From assembly GCA_963764625.1 (NCBI GenBank), contig CAVXTH010000006.1, positions 608,001-672,000 of the forward strand: 64,000 nucleotides of DNA, written 5' to 3'. This DNA is from Candidatus Krumholzibacteriota bacterium. GTDB lineage: Bacteria; Krumholzibacteriota; Krumholzibacteriia; JAJRXK01. Position numbers and translations under genes: made by a program. This document shows, piece by piece, positions 54,611-64,000 of this stretch. The first letter of the stretch is position 1, and each line of letters opens with the position of its first letter. The notes under the pieces are model-generated. The model worked only from the letters and a program-made list of their open reading frames with translations, did no database searches and had not been told where the DNA came from.

Positions 54611-57600
54611 ATGTCGAGGATATTCAGGTTCCTGGTCTTCATCGGTCTAGTCATAGTTACCAGCCTCGGAGGACCGAAAGTCGCCGCGGCCAATCCGGGT
54701 ATTTCGAGCATCAGCTATGGACGGTTCGCAGGTTGGCCGTTGCAGAAGGTCAATTGCGAGAGAGACACGCTCTTCTACGAAGGGGATCTGACAAAGCGTA
54801 TTGGACTCGATTACATCGAGCGCGACGGAAAGGACGTGCACGGCGTGCCCTGGAGGGTGTACTTCGGCTGGACCAGCGATAGCGTTACACCGGAAGCGTT
54901 TCCGAAAACTACAGGAGATGGGCATCGTGCACCGAATATGTCGGTCGAGACCACGGAAGCCTCGTGGATCCACAAGCGGTTCACGGTAACCAGAGATTTC
55001 AGCGGCGAATCCTACGTCGACACCGTCCGAGTAACGTCAGCGACTCTCGGGACTTGGATATCCAGTGACTTGAACCGCTTCTATCTAGACTACGCCGCCG
55101 CCGCTCCGACTCCTCTATCGATGACTCGCTTTACGCAGTATGCTGCCTTTGACAGCACGGGAACGATCGGCGCACATCCCATTCCAGCCTCTGGAACGAG
55201 AATTCCCATCACACCCCAGGTCGGCAGTGACAAGAATTGGATTCTCTTTTGGGGAAATCATAACGATGGACAGGGACCAATCATCCCGTTGATGGTCAGC
55301 TTCTCTGCCGGGTGTGATTCGATTGCGTTCACTGCATACTACTCAAGAGCCAACGAGAGATTCATCGAATTTCAGTTCGATGGGAATCAAGGCGGTTCCG
55401 TGAATCGGGTAGCTCTTAGCTTTCCATTCGGACTCTATGCCTTTTCGTACCCCTTGATTGCGGAAACCATATTTGGTGATGGCTCTTCGTTACCTTCGGC
55501 ATGTACGCAGGCACATCAGCTCGCGTGCAGTCCACCGAGAGTGCTGACGGAGGACTACGTGGATGATGGTACGACTGTTACGATCACCAATACGGTGACG
55601 AGTCGCGAGAAACTCGATCCGGCAACCCCGTCTCAATTCAGGTATGTTCCACTGCCTCCACTCGTCACCTATGCGGCCAGCCGGTCCGCCAATCTGGCGA
55701 CTGTACCAGCCGGCTTGCAGGGATTCGCTCGGACGAAGTACGGCACTCTAAAGTTTCTGGATGGGACGGATCAGGTCTCGTACTCGATCGCTTCCGCGCC
55801 ACCCCACGACATCCACTTCGTGCCCAATGATCGGCTGGGAAGAACCATCGATCAGGACATGGCGGATCGGATGATTAACACTTGGATCGATGGATCGCGG
55901 AGAACCAGAGATGACTTCTTCAGTCAGATGAACAATCGCGGCGCGCAGGCGGCGCTCATGCTTGCAACGCCGGAAACACAGAGGCGCTATCGGGATCGCG
56001 TCAATGACATCGTGGAGGACATGTTCGATCCCAATCTTGTGCCCGCCTCGGGATTGTGTTCCAATTTAGGAGGGATGAAACCGTTCACAGTGGATGAGCC
56101 TGCTGAAACCCTGGAGTTCACGAATTTGGTCTGGAGGGGCACTGCGTCTGGAAACGGAGAATATCCCTACGACCTCGATGCCAGCGCTGGCACTGCACTG
56201 GAGTTCCTCTACGAGTACCTACTCTGGGATTCTGATCGTGCTCATACTTTCATCGCAAACCACTTCGGCGGAAACGGTGATTACTCCAATACGATCTATG
56301 GTCTCTATCGTTCTCTAGAGATCTTTCAGGACTGGAGCTACATGTCCGCCAGCCATGACCTCTGGGGAGGAACTGGTGGGATCATGGACATGTTCGCCGC
56401 CGAATACGCAGCCTATCATTCGTTCGCGGAGATCGCCGATGACCTTGGGTATACCGAGGAGGCGAATCGTGCTCGGTATCTCCAGGCCAAAGCCCAAATT
56501 CCTTTCATGATGCGATGGGTCATGAAAGATTCATATCTATTGGACTACTACAAGTTCCTACCGTCGAGTTATGGAACCGCGGTTCTGTCCGGTTTCGGAG
56601 AGGATGAACCGTCCGGACCGTTGGGGCCAACAACCGTCTTTACGCAAGAAGACTGGGCAGATTGGACGATATCGGGAGAACGACTCCACCTGCTGGGAGA
56701 AGATGTCTATCAAGACCTCCTCGAACCGAATCTTCCCGGAAATTACTCCAGCTTCGTATCTCTCCAAGTGGGTACACCCTTGACCTACGGAGCAAAGGGC
56801 GCTCCGAGAGCGGGATTTCCCGAAGCAAAGGTGTGGGCAGCTCTGAAAAATGGAGATTTCGGAGTCGGGTCAGGCAGGGATCGGCAAAGCGCACTCGATC
56901 TCATCGATGCCGTGACTCGCCCCTTGGATGGAGAGGCGACGGACGTGCTGTTGAACGTAAAACCCATTTATCGCTCCTGGAAACCCGAGGGAGGAACGTG
57001 GTACGGATGGGACAACAGCGTCTTCAGCACGACTGAATCGGACACCTTGGGTTGGTTTGGACAAGCTCCCGAGCCATCTCCAGTCTACGCGGGTATTCTC
57101 GAGAGTTTTGCCTCTCCCGTCTTCGTCGGGGGCTGGACGGGAATGAACATCACGGGATTCAGCTACGATGAGCAGCTTCACCAGTTGACAGTGAATGTCG
57201 CTCCAACCAGTGCTTCGGGAACGGTGTACGTGAGCTCTCTCGATGGTCTGGGCGTACAGAATCGCTGGAACGTATTGCCCGTTACCTGCACTCCAGGGAC
57301 GAACGTCATCGATCTTCCCACGGTAGGCGGCTCCCTCTCGTCCGCTTTGATCAGCTCTCCGGGAGAACCGGGAGTGCTATGCACCGAAAACTTCGAGAAC
57401 ATGGGTGGCGGACGAAGCAACATCGAGAAAGGGTGGACGGGTGATCACGTCTCGGTGCGAGCCGATCCGCTGGATTCGTCGAATCGCGGCCTCTTCATGA
57501 AGAGCGAGTCGGGAAAACAGAGCTATGCGCTCACTTATGAGCCAAGTGATTCCACTGATGTGATGGTGAAGCTGAGTTTCCGTTATCGCGTTCCCACTGA

Positions 57601-60376
57601 CAACACCACGTTGAGGTACGGGATATCTGTTCGTGGCGACAACCACTGCTTCCAAGCGGGAACCGTCCAGGGGACGCAGAATAACTGCCCAGAGAACGGC
57701 TCTTCTGTAGCTGGCTCGGATTTTGTCAACAGCTACCCAGTACTGGGCAGCGGAAATTACATCTCCCAGGAACCTGGGGTCGTCGATGATTGGACTTACT
57801 TCGAGTGCCGTGGCCCCGTACCCGACGTGGGCGGATCAAGGGTGACTCTGCTACGTCTCCAAGCAACGCTCGACGCAGACGCCGGGGGCGCAACACGCGA
57901 GGCGTGGATCGACGACGTTCAGGTAGCCAGAGGCGCGAGTGTTGGCTATTCATCCGTTTACGAGCCTACTCAGGGCCAGGTCTTCCAGCGGGATGATGAC
58001 ATTCCGTTCGCTTGGTATCCGGACGCCCGTGTCGAAGGTATCGTGGATCAGCTCCACCCTCAAACCGCGAGCCCCGGCTCGCTCACCCTCAGCTTCTGGT
58101 GGGTGACACCCACCGACAGCGCCGAGATCACGATCTACCACATACCGGGCTACGCCGACGGTGCCAGCCTGCGGGCAGGCCGCAACATCTGGCAACCGGT
58201 GGTAAACCCTCCGAAGCCTGGTGATCTTACAGAAGATGGCGCGATGCGACTGAAGGCAGTCTATACGGATCACAACGGCAGTACTCACGCCGAGTATTCA
58301 CCGGAGTTCGTCGTGTTGTCCGCTCCACCCAGCTTCGAGACGAGAGCGGTGGGAGGTGGCACGGGCTCCTACAGCCTGGATGATCTGGTAGCAAAAGACG
58401 TCTACTCGACAATCACCGCGGACTACAATGACGACGATAAGGACGATCTCATCGTCAGCATCGTGGGTACCGATGAGGAGGTACTGGTTTACGAGAACGT
58501 AACTCTACCGGGCTCCAACTGGGCCACATTCCAGAGAGTATCGTCCCCGTTTGCGGCCGGGTCTGCACCCAGTAATGCTCGCGGGATGTCGTTTCATGAT
58601 TTCGATGCAGACGGAGTGGCAAACTTATTCGTAGGGATTCCCGGTACCACGGCCCAGATGCTGGAGTATACGGGAAGCTCACCGATCTTTGCCGAAATGT
58701 CGGGTCTCTTTCCCTCTGGAGTCACCCAGAACGTCTGGGCAGGGGACTTCGGCAACGTTGGCGCGGGTACGGAAGCTTCCGGTCTCTATCTTGCACGAGC
58801 GGGGGCCACAGATACGATCACCCCCGCTGCCTTCGACAACCTCGGGGTGCCCGACGTTCTGCTTCGTTGGAACAAAAAGTCTTCACAATTTGAGGACATC
58901 ACGGCGACTGCTCTCGGAGCAACCATCGCGACGACTGCAACTCCGACGATTGCAGTAGCGTGGAAAGATGTCAATGGCGACCGACTCCAAGATCTCTACG
59001 TCGCGTATTTCGGAAACTACAACGCTAGCTCTGCACTCGGTTGGTCGCCTCTGTTTATCCAACAAGCGGATAGCACGTTCGTAGATGCTGCAACCGCCAG
59101 CACCAGGGAAATGCTCGACCCCGCAGATACGCAATTCTCGGGACAGCCGGATGGAAGTGGGAGCACGCCGGAAATCCCACAAATTGCGACCGTTTCGGGC
59201 ATCCACTGGGTGGATATCGACAATCAATACGGACCCGACCTGTTGGTTACTCGCGAACACGACCAAACGGCTGGGCAAGAGTGGAACGCACTTCTGATCC
59301 TGAACAATGGTGGTGGTGAGTTCGCGTACCGCTACAGTGCTGGTATCGAGGGATTGAATCCCTCCGAGACCGTGGCAATCGGAGATCTTGACGGAAATCA
59401 CCTCACCGACTTCGTGGTGATTCCAACCAGCGCGAGCGGCAACCCGGATCTCGACATCTACATGGGTTACCCATCTTCCTCGGCGATTGGCCAGTTCTAC
59501 GCAAATCTGGGGCCATCGACTGGTATTCCGGCCCTTGATGCCAAGACGGCGGCGATAGCCGAGTTCAATCCGTCTAGCTCGGGAGACGGGATGGAGGACC
59601 TCTTCGTAGGGCAGACTACCTCCGCGCAGAGCGACTCGGGCCTGGTATACATGAACCGGTGCACCAGTCCTTCCGGGCAGGGGACATTCCAGGTCGTACT
59701 GTCAGATTCTTCGAGCGGCAACCCGGCGAATGGCCGGGATGCAGTTGTGCAGACCACGGTGGTCGCAAATGGTACGAGCCTTAGCCAAAGCCGCGCCGTG
59801 GGTGGAAGCTCGGGTCGCGGATCACAAAGCAACTTCAGTCCGATCTTCGCGAAAGGCGACGATGGAACGGCCACTGTAACCGTCACCTGGCCTGACGGGT
59901 ACGTTCAAAACCAGAGCGTATCAGCAGGAACCTCGGTGGTCGCCTTTGTCGACGATCATTACCCCACCGTCATTGACAGCACCGTGACTTATACCCGGTA
60001 CCTCGGCCCGAGTTCTGATGATTGGGAGTTCACCTGGGAGACCGAGCTCTCTTCCAGCCGGCACGAAGTCATCATCTGGGACGGAGCCAATTCGCCCCCG
60101 CCCTGTAGAGTGACAGAGGAGCCGGATCCTGAACCTGAACATCTAGGAGAGTACCGCACGGTACTCGATTCGAGCCGCTCCGATGTGGATTTCACCAGCG
60201 TGCTTCTGACAGGGGGAACCGGCGTCGGTCATTACCGTCAGACGTTCATCTGGCATAGCGTCTCCTGCAAGAAGAACTGTGAGTACAGCTACCAAATTCG
60301 TAGCCACAGTGGCGATCGAATCAGTTACTCAGGTGTCAAGACCTTCGATCTCCAATCCTGCGGTCAGGTCCACTAG
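54611..60376 (+). CDS. ~1920-aa secreted multidomain protein: unassigned N-terminal region, CBM-like domain, FG-GAP/VCBS repeats, ASPIC/UnbV domain, Cys-rich tail
   Basis: RBS GGAGG, signal peptide (MSRIFRFLVFIGLVIV...AAA), repeats DYNDDDKDDL, DFDADG..NL, DVNGDRLQDL, DIDNQYGPDL, DLDGNHLTDF, DGMEDL; ASPIC-like GGSSGRGSQ...VTVTWPDG. Confidence 0.8.
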   Translation: MSRIFRFLVFIGLVIVTSLGGPKVAAANPGISSISYGRFAGWPLQKVNCERDTLFYEGDLTKRIGLDYIERDGKDVHGVPWRVYFGWTSDSVTPEAFPKTTGDGHRAPNMSVETTEASWIHKRFTVTRDFSGESYVDTVRVTSATLGTWISSDLNRFYLDYAAAAPTPLSMTRFTQYAAFDSTGTIGAHPIPASGTRIPITPQVGSDKNWILFWGNHNDGQGPIIPLMVSFSAGCDSIAFTAYYSRANERFIEFQFDGNQGGSVNRVALSFPFGLYAFSYPLIAETIFGDGSSLPSACTQAHQLACSPPRVLTEDYVDDGTTVTITNTVTSREKLDPATPSQFRYVPLPPLVTYAASRSANLATVPAGLQGFARTKYGTLKFLDGTDQVSYSIASAPPHDIHFVPNDRLGRTIDQDMADRMINTWIDGSRRTRDDFFSQMNNRGAQAALMLATPETQRRYRDRVNDIVEDMFDPNLVPASGLCSNLGGMKPFTVDEPAETLEFTNLVWRGTASGNGEYPYDLDASAGTALEFLYEYLLWDSDRAHTFIANHFGGNGDYSNTIYGLYRSLEIFQDWSYMSASHDLWGGTGGIMDMFAAEYAAYHSFAEIADDLGYTEEANRARYLQAKAQIPFMMRWVMKDSYLLDYYKFLPSSYGTAVLSGFGEDEPSGPLGPTTVFTQEDWADWTISGERLHLLGEDVYQDLLEPNLPGNYSSFVSLQVGTPLTYGAKGAPRAGFPEAKVWAALKNGDFGVGSGRDRQSALDLIDAVTRPLDGEATDVLLNVKPIYRSWKPEGGTWYGWDNSVFSTTESDTLGWFGQAPEPSPVYAGILESFASPVFVGGWTGMNITGFSYDEQLHQLTVNVAPTSASGTVYVSSLDGLGVQNRWNVLPVTCTPGTNVIDLPTVGGSLSSALISSPGEPGVLCTENFENMGGGRSNIEKGWTGDHVSVRADPLDSSNRGLFMKSESGKQSYALTYEPSDSTDVMVKLSFRYRVPTDNTTLRYGISVRGDNHCFQAGTVQGTQNNCPENGSSVAGSDFVNSYPVLGSGNYISQEPGVVDDWTYFECRGPVPDVGGSRVTLLRLQATLDADAGGATREAWIDDVQVARGASVGYSSVYEPTQGQVFQRDDDIPFAWYPDARVEGIVDQLHPQTASPGSLTLSFWWVTPTDSAEITIYHIPGYADGASLRAGRNIWQPVVNPPKPGDLTEDGAMRLKAVYTDHNGSTHAEYSPEFVVLSAPPSFETRAVGGGTGSYSLDDLVAKDVYSTITADYNDDDKDDLIVSIVGTDEEVLVYENVTLPGSNWATFQRVSSPFAAGSAPSNARGMSFHDFDADGVANLFVGIPGTTAQMLEYTGSSPIFAEMSGLFPSGVTQNVWAGDFGNVGAGTEASGLYLARAGATDTITPAAFDNLGVPDVLLRWNKKSSQFEDITATALGATIATTATPTIAVAWKDVNGDRLQDLYVAYFGNYNASSALGWSPLFIQQADSTFVDAATASTREMLDPADTQFSGQPDGSGSTPEIPQIATVSGIHWVDIDNQYGPDLLVTREHDQTAGQEWNALLILNNGGGEFAYRYSAGIEGLNPSETVAIGDLDGNHLTDFVVIPTSASGNPDLDIYMGYPSSSAIGQFYANLGPSTGIPALDAKTAAIAEFNPSSSGDGMEDLFVGQTTSAQSDSGLVYMNRCTSPSGQGTFQVVLSDSSSGNPANGRDAVVQTTVVANGTSLSQSRAVGGSSGRGSQSNFSPIFAKGDDGTATVTVTWPDGYVQNQSVSAGTSVVAFVDDHYPTVIDSTVTYTRYLGPSSDDWEFTWETELSSSRHEVIIWDGANSPPPCRVTEEPDPEPEHLGEYRTVLDSSRSDVDFTSVLLTGGTGVGHYRQTFIWHSVSCKKNCEYSYQIRSHSGDRISYSGVKTFDLQSCGQVH

Positions 60377-60381
60377 GAGGA

Positions 60382-61284
60382 ATGACTATGAAAATCACTC
60401 GCGTTCTAGGGTTGAGCTTTCTTCTTCTCTTACTGTGTAGCATCGCCATGGCCGAGAACTCTCCGAGCGGAATTCTGAGCATTGATCCTCCTGGAGTTGA
60501 TAGCTGTGTCGCGTTCACTTTCGATTGTCCGGAGGGCCAGGCGCTCTCTGGTCTACGTTGGTTCAACAACGACCAGATGGCACCTTTCGATCACGTCGTG
60601 CTGATGGAGGCCACAAAGGGCAAGCTTCCCGATTTGCAGAACAGCGCATTGGTACTGAGACAGATTCCCGGTTCTTCCCTTTCGTGGGATCATTTGGACC
60701 TGGAGTTTCCAGTAGTCTCCTCTACCGGTAGGATCTGCGCTGTTTTCTTCTTCCCTTCCGGTATTCCCACGACGGATCGGGGGATTGGAGGCGGACCCGG
60801 AATGGGATACTACGAGCATGCTTCGAGAGCAGAGTCCTATCTGAGTCCGGACGGCGCAAAGTGGTTCCGGTGCAAGAAAGGAATCACACTGGCAATCGAG
60901 CCGATTCTGCAGGTACCGGAAAGTAGCAAACTGGGGACGGTGGCACTTTCCTCCTTGGTGAAGAATCATGGCATGCAGAAAGCGGAATCGACCAGTTCCG
61001 TGATTACACGAACGATGCTGTATCCCGCTGCACCAAATCCCTTCAATCCACGGACTTTGATTCAGTATGACCTGGCAGCGCCGGCTGAGGTGAGTCTCAG
61101 AATCTACAACGTTCGGGGGCGTCTCATGAACACGCTGGAGAAGGGGCCGCAAGTACGGGGGCGGCACGTAGTGATTTGGCTGGGAATCGACGACAGAGGG
61201 GCGAAGGTTGCCAGCGGAGTGTATTTCGTGAAATTCAAAGCCGCTGGTCAAGAATTCCGGCAGAAGGTAACTCTCGTGAGATGA
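60382..61284 (+). CDS. Secreted protein with C-terminal FlgD-Ig/T9SS-like sorting domain
   Basis: Signal peptide; C-terminal PNPFNP.T.I.Y.L.....V.L.IYNVRGR...TL......G.H...W.G.D..G..VASGVYF...K..LVR. Confidence 0.85.
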   Translation: MTMKITRVLGLSFLLLLLCSIAMAENSPSGILSIDPPGVDSCVAFTFDCPEGQALSGLRWFNNDQMAPFDHVVLMEATKGKLPDLQNSALVLRQIPGSSLSWDHLDLEFPVVSSTGRICAVFFFPSGIPTTDRGIGGGPGMGYYEHASRAESYLSPDGAKWFRCKKGITLAIEPILQVPESSKLGTVALSSLVKNHGMQKAESTSSVITRTMLYPAAPNPFNPRTLIQYDLAAPAEVSLRIYNVRGRLMNTLEKGPQVRGRHVVIWLGIDDRGAKVASGVYFVKFKAAGQEFRQKVTLVR

Positions 61285-61294
61285 TTCACGTGGC

Positions 61295-62455
61295 ATGAAG
61301 AAATTCGCCGCAGTAATCCTCCTAATTCTCTCCCTGGCTCTGCTGAGTCTGGGAGAGAGCCGTTCTGCAACTTGGGTTGTGGCAAGGAACGGGAGTGGAG
61401 ACTACTCCAGAATCCAGAACGCCCTGGATGTATGCGCAGCTGGAGATACCATCCAGATTAGGCCTGGGCGATACGACGAATTCCAGGTTCACGCCTTCGG
61501 GCTGGGTGGAAGCGCGGCCGTCGTCATGATTCCGAAAGTTGCACCTCTCACCATCCAAGGCGCCGGAAGGGATAGTGTCTTCATCGGCCCTGAAGTGATG
61601 TCGGCCAGCTACCATGGACAACAAACGGCAATCATGACAGCAGACGGCGTGAAGAGTGGTCGGATCAGCGTTTCCGGCGTGACGATGGCAAACGGAGAAT
61701 GGCTCGCTACGCTGCGATCGCCCTTCACTTTTCTGGACTGCAGATTTGGGACAGCTCGTCAGGCTGAGATTGCCCTGGATACGGCTCGAGATGTATTGCT
61801 ACAGAATTGCGTGTTTGAGGGGAGTGGGTCGACGGATGGAATCGTGAGTTTCACGGGCGGTGAGAACCCGCGACTGAGAGTGGCGAATTGTACCTTTGAG
61901 AATCTGGCTAACGCCATTGTCTTGAGAGGTTCAGAGGGTTTCGAACTCTCCCGGTTGAACTTCAGCGATGTGGGAACGGCGATCGGCATTCAATACGGCT
62001 CCACGGGAGACGTTTCGGAGTGTGATATTGGGAAGAGTCCACTACCTGTGGGCCGGATCGTACTCAGCGGTGGCTGCCGGGTAACGATGAGCCGGGTAGA
62101 TGTTGCCGCGTCCTCGCTGGCACTCAAGATGGTTGATGCGGAGACCATTCTTGACGCATCGCATCTCCGATTGGCTGGCGGATCGTACTTCACGGTTTAC
62201 GTTGCGACTGGCGCCTCCCTGATTCTGCATGATTCCGATATTTTGAACGGGGGAGGTGTCTCCGTCATGGCCCGCGATCTCCTAGACAGCAGCGGGCGCG
62301 TGGACCTGAGGCACTGCTACTGGGGAACCACGAATTCACTTCAAGTGGAGAAATGGCTCTTCGACGGCAAAGACGATCCAAGGTACAAACACGCATTGGT
62401 CCAGCCAATCGAGAGCGTGCCACTTGCCAGGGATCCGAAACGTGTAGCCGATTGA
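61295..62455 (+). CDS. Secreted right-handed beta-helix (pectin lyase-like) protein
   Basis: Signal peptide, V...GSGDY..IQ.ALD....GDTI.I.PG.Y, repeated NC.F turns, D....YWGT. Confidence 0.8.
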   Translation: MKKFAAVILLILSLALLSLGESRSATWVVARNGSGDYSRIQNALDVCAAGDTIQIRPGRYDEFQVHAFGLGGSAAVVMIPKVAPLTIQGAGRDSVFIGPEVMSASYHGQQTAIMTADGVKSGRISVSGVTMANGEWLATLRSPFTFLDCRFGTARQAEIALDTARDVLLQNCVFEGSGSTDGIVSFTGGENPRLRVANCTFENLANAIVLRGSEGFELSRLNFSDVGTAIGIQYGSTGDVSECDIGKSPLPVGRIVLSGGCRVTMSRVDVAASSLALKMVDAETILDASHLRLAGGSYFTVYVATGASLILHDSDILNGGGVSVMARDLLDSSGRVDLRHCYWGTTNSLQVEKWLFDGKDDPRYKHALVQPIESVPLARDPKRVAD

Positions 62456-62691
62456 TTGGACATCCCGTTATTCATATTCCCGCCGTGTCGGCCCACCTGC
62501 AGATGCGAGAAGAGTCGATCCTCAGAGGAACCGGAAGCTTCATTTCTGGTAGCTACCCGACCACAGAACCGGCATAATATCTGAACGCGACAAACGACGC
62601 GTCAGCAGACGACTCACCGGAGTGAGTGCTGGCGGCGTTTTGGATATGGCCAGTCGTTCTTCACAAGCGAATCGAATCGCCGGCGGGGACC

Positions 62692-63864
62692 ATGAAAGCT
62701 GCTCAGGAAGAAAGAGCTCGGATTGGACTCTTTCTGTGGTGGTTCGAGATCGGCGGGACTGAGCGACACGCCTTGCGGCTCCTCGAGAGAATCGATCGAA
62801 CGCGCTTCGAGGTGGAAATAATCTGCTTCAAGGCCCAGGGACAACTTGCGGAAGCATTCGCGGCAACCGGATGGCCGATTCACACTCTTCGTGGAACAAA
62901 TCGATACTCGTCTCTTCTCTTTCCGCTCAGACTTTGGCGGCTTCTTCGGGCGCTTCATCTCGATGTATTGCACAGTCTGATCGCCCATACGCTGCTCATC
63001 GGTCCCATAACCGGACGATTTGCAGGGGTTCGCTCCATAGTCACCAGCGAGAGAAACCGGTTCGACTGGAAATTGGGCTGGCCGTCGAAAGTCCTGGCGC
63101 GCTGGGTGAATCGGCATCTGGTGGACGCGATTATCGTGAATAGCAGGGAAATAGGGAACGAGTTGGCGCTTCGAGAAGACTTGCCTGAAGGCCTCATACA
63201 CACGATTCACAACGGGGTGAGCAGGGATGGCTTGCCAAGTTCGATGGCGGATTTGCGGTCATGGCGGTCGCGCTGTCGCGTGGCTTTGTGCTCAGAACTG
63301 GACTTGCCCTCTGCGTCTGTACCTCTTTGTGGAATGGTGGCATCCCTCTCTTCCCTGAAGGACCACGTAACGGGCCTGCGCGCCTGCGCCCTCTTGCAAA
63401 GACGCATTCCTGATCTGCAGGTCGTTCTTGCGGGTGATGGTCCAGAGCGCGAGAACCTGCAAAAGCTCGCGATCACGCTGGGGATTTCCGAGAGACTTCA
63501 CTGGCTCGGACGACGCACGGACGTATCGGAAATCATGGCGTCGATCGACTTGCTCCTGCTCTCCAGCAAGACGGAGGGATTCCCCAACGTGGCACTCGAA
63601 GCTCTCGTAGTGGGAACGCCCGTCGTGAGTTCACGGCTTCCCTACCTCGCAGACCTCGGAGAATTTCGGAACACGATCGGAGAGTTCCCCATAGGGGACT
63701 TCGAATCCGGTGCCGAATGTATGTTGGGAGTTCTCATGGACCCCAGTTTGCGGGAGCACGTTCTCGAGTGGGCGCCACGGTTTGTCCAGGAGAACTTCTC
63801 GCTGGAAGTGGAATGTGAGAAGCACGAAAGACTGTATCAAGGACTGCTCACTCAGCGATCATGA
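62692..63864 (+). CDS. Glycosyltransferase family 4
   Basis: GGTERH, NS, IHNGV, K.H, GDGPER, LG.R.DV, S.TEGFPNV.LEA. Confidence 0.9.
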   Translation: MKAAQEERARIGLFLWWFEIGGTERHALRLLERIDRTRFEVEIICFKAQGQLAEAFAATGWPIHTLRGTNRYSSLLFPLRLWRLLRALHLDVLHSLIAHTLLIGPITGRFAGVRSIVTSERNRFDWKLGWPSKVLARWVNRHLVDAIIVNSREIGNELALREDLPEGLIHTIHNGVSRDGLPSSMADLRSWRSRCRVALCSELDLPSASVPLCGMVASLSSLKDHVTGLRACALLQRRIPDLQVVLAGDGPERENLQKLAITLGISERLHWLGRRTDVSEIMASIDLLLLSSKTEGFPNVALEALVVGTPVVSSRLPYLADLGEFRNTIGEFPIGDFESGAECMLGVLMDPSLREHVLEWAPRFVQENFSLEVECEKHERLYQGLLTQRS

Positions 63865-64000
63865 CCGGTCGCATAGTACTTGCACCATTCGCTAAACATG
63901 AGAATCGCCCATAGGCGCCTGCCGAAATCACGGGATCCCGTGCGATGGGCATGCAGGATGTCCAGGACTCGGGCCGGATCGACGAACTCCCGGGCCTGCC
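63852..64000 (-). CDS. asnB: Asparagine synthase (glutamine-hydrolysing)-like amidotransferase, C-terminal fragment running off the window
   Basis: Not in the ORF track. Manual reverse-strand translation gives QAREFVDPARVLDILHAHRTGSRDFGRRLWAILMFSEWCKYYATGHDR*, matching the AsnB C-terminal H..G..D....LW..L.F..W pattern. Confidence 0.75.
   Translation of the reverse strand, partial: QAREFVDPARVLDILHAHRTGSRDFGRRLWAILMFSEWCKYYATGHDR

Noticed and set aside
1-64000. CRISPR arrays, tRNA/rRNA genes, IS elements, prophage
   Set aside because: No regularly spaced repeats, cloverleaf or rRNA signatures, or transposase/integrase/phage ORFs seen by eye. A tRNAscan/Infernal run would be needed to exclude small RNAs.

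Overview
GC-rich (roughly 60-68%) chromosomal segment of a diderm bacterium. The combination of Tol-Pal, heptose-type LPS genes, bacillithiol genes and a PNPFNP/FlgD-Ig C-terminal domain protein suggests an FCB-related candidate phylum such as Latescibacterota, Krumholzibacteria or Eisenbacteria (inference). From left to right: nadB, MEMO protein, methyltransferase, bshC-bshB1-bshA; Minf_1886-mobA-moaC; tolQRAB-pal-cpoB; lexA with an ImuB-like gene; an SGNH protein; DUF72; hsp20-lon; an LPS core/modification locus (four GT9, msbA, gmhB, a frameshifted GT2, DUF3108, an FAD-oxidoreductase/AKR pair, an ArnT-like gene, a phosphoglycosyl transferase); a UbiA-acpS-prenol kinase-FLDH-like-DUF92 operon; a Wzy-type exopolysaccharide locus; an oppositely oriented deacetylase-DltA-like-ACP-acyltransferase cassette; a ~1920-aa secreted FG-GAP/ASPIC protein with an FlgD-Ig partner and a beta-helix protein; a GT4; and the 3' end of asnB. 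The best candidates for undescribed biology are (1) an operon resembling a complete plant-type prenal-prenol-prenyl-P-prenyl-PP salvage route feeding a UbiA prenyltransferase, (2) an MBOAT-less polysaccharide aminoacylation cassette with an apparently circularly permuted deacetylase, (3) a nucleotidyltransferase/phosphodiesterase pair inside the EPS locus, and (4) the giant secreted protein with a possible in-trans sorting partner. I saw no rRNA, tRNA, CRISPR array or transposase. All family calls come from motif recognition, not database searches.
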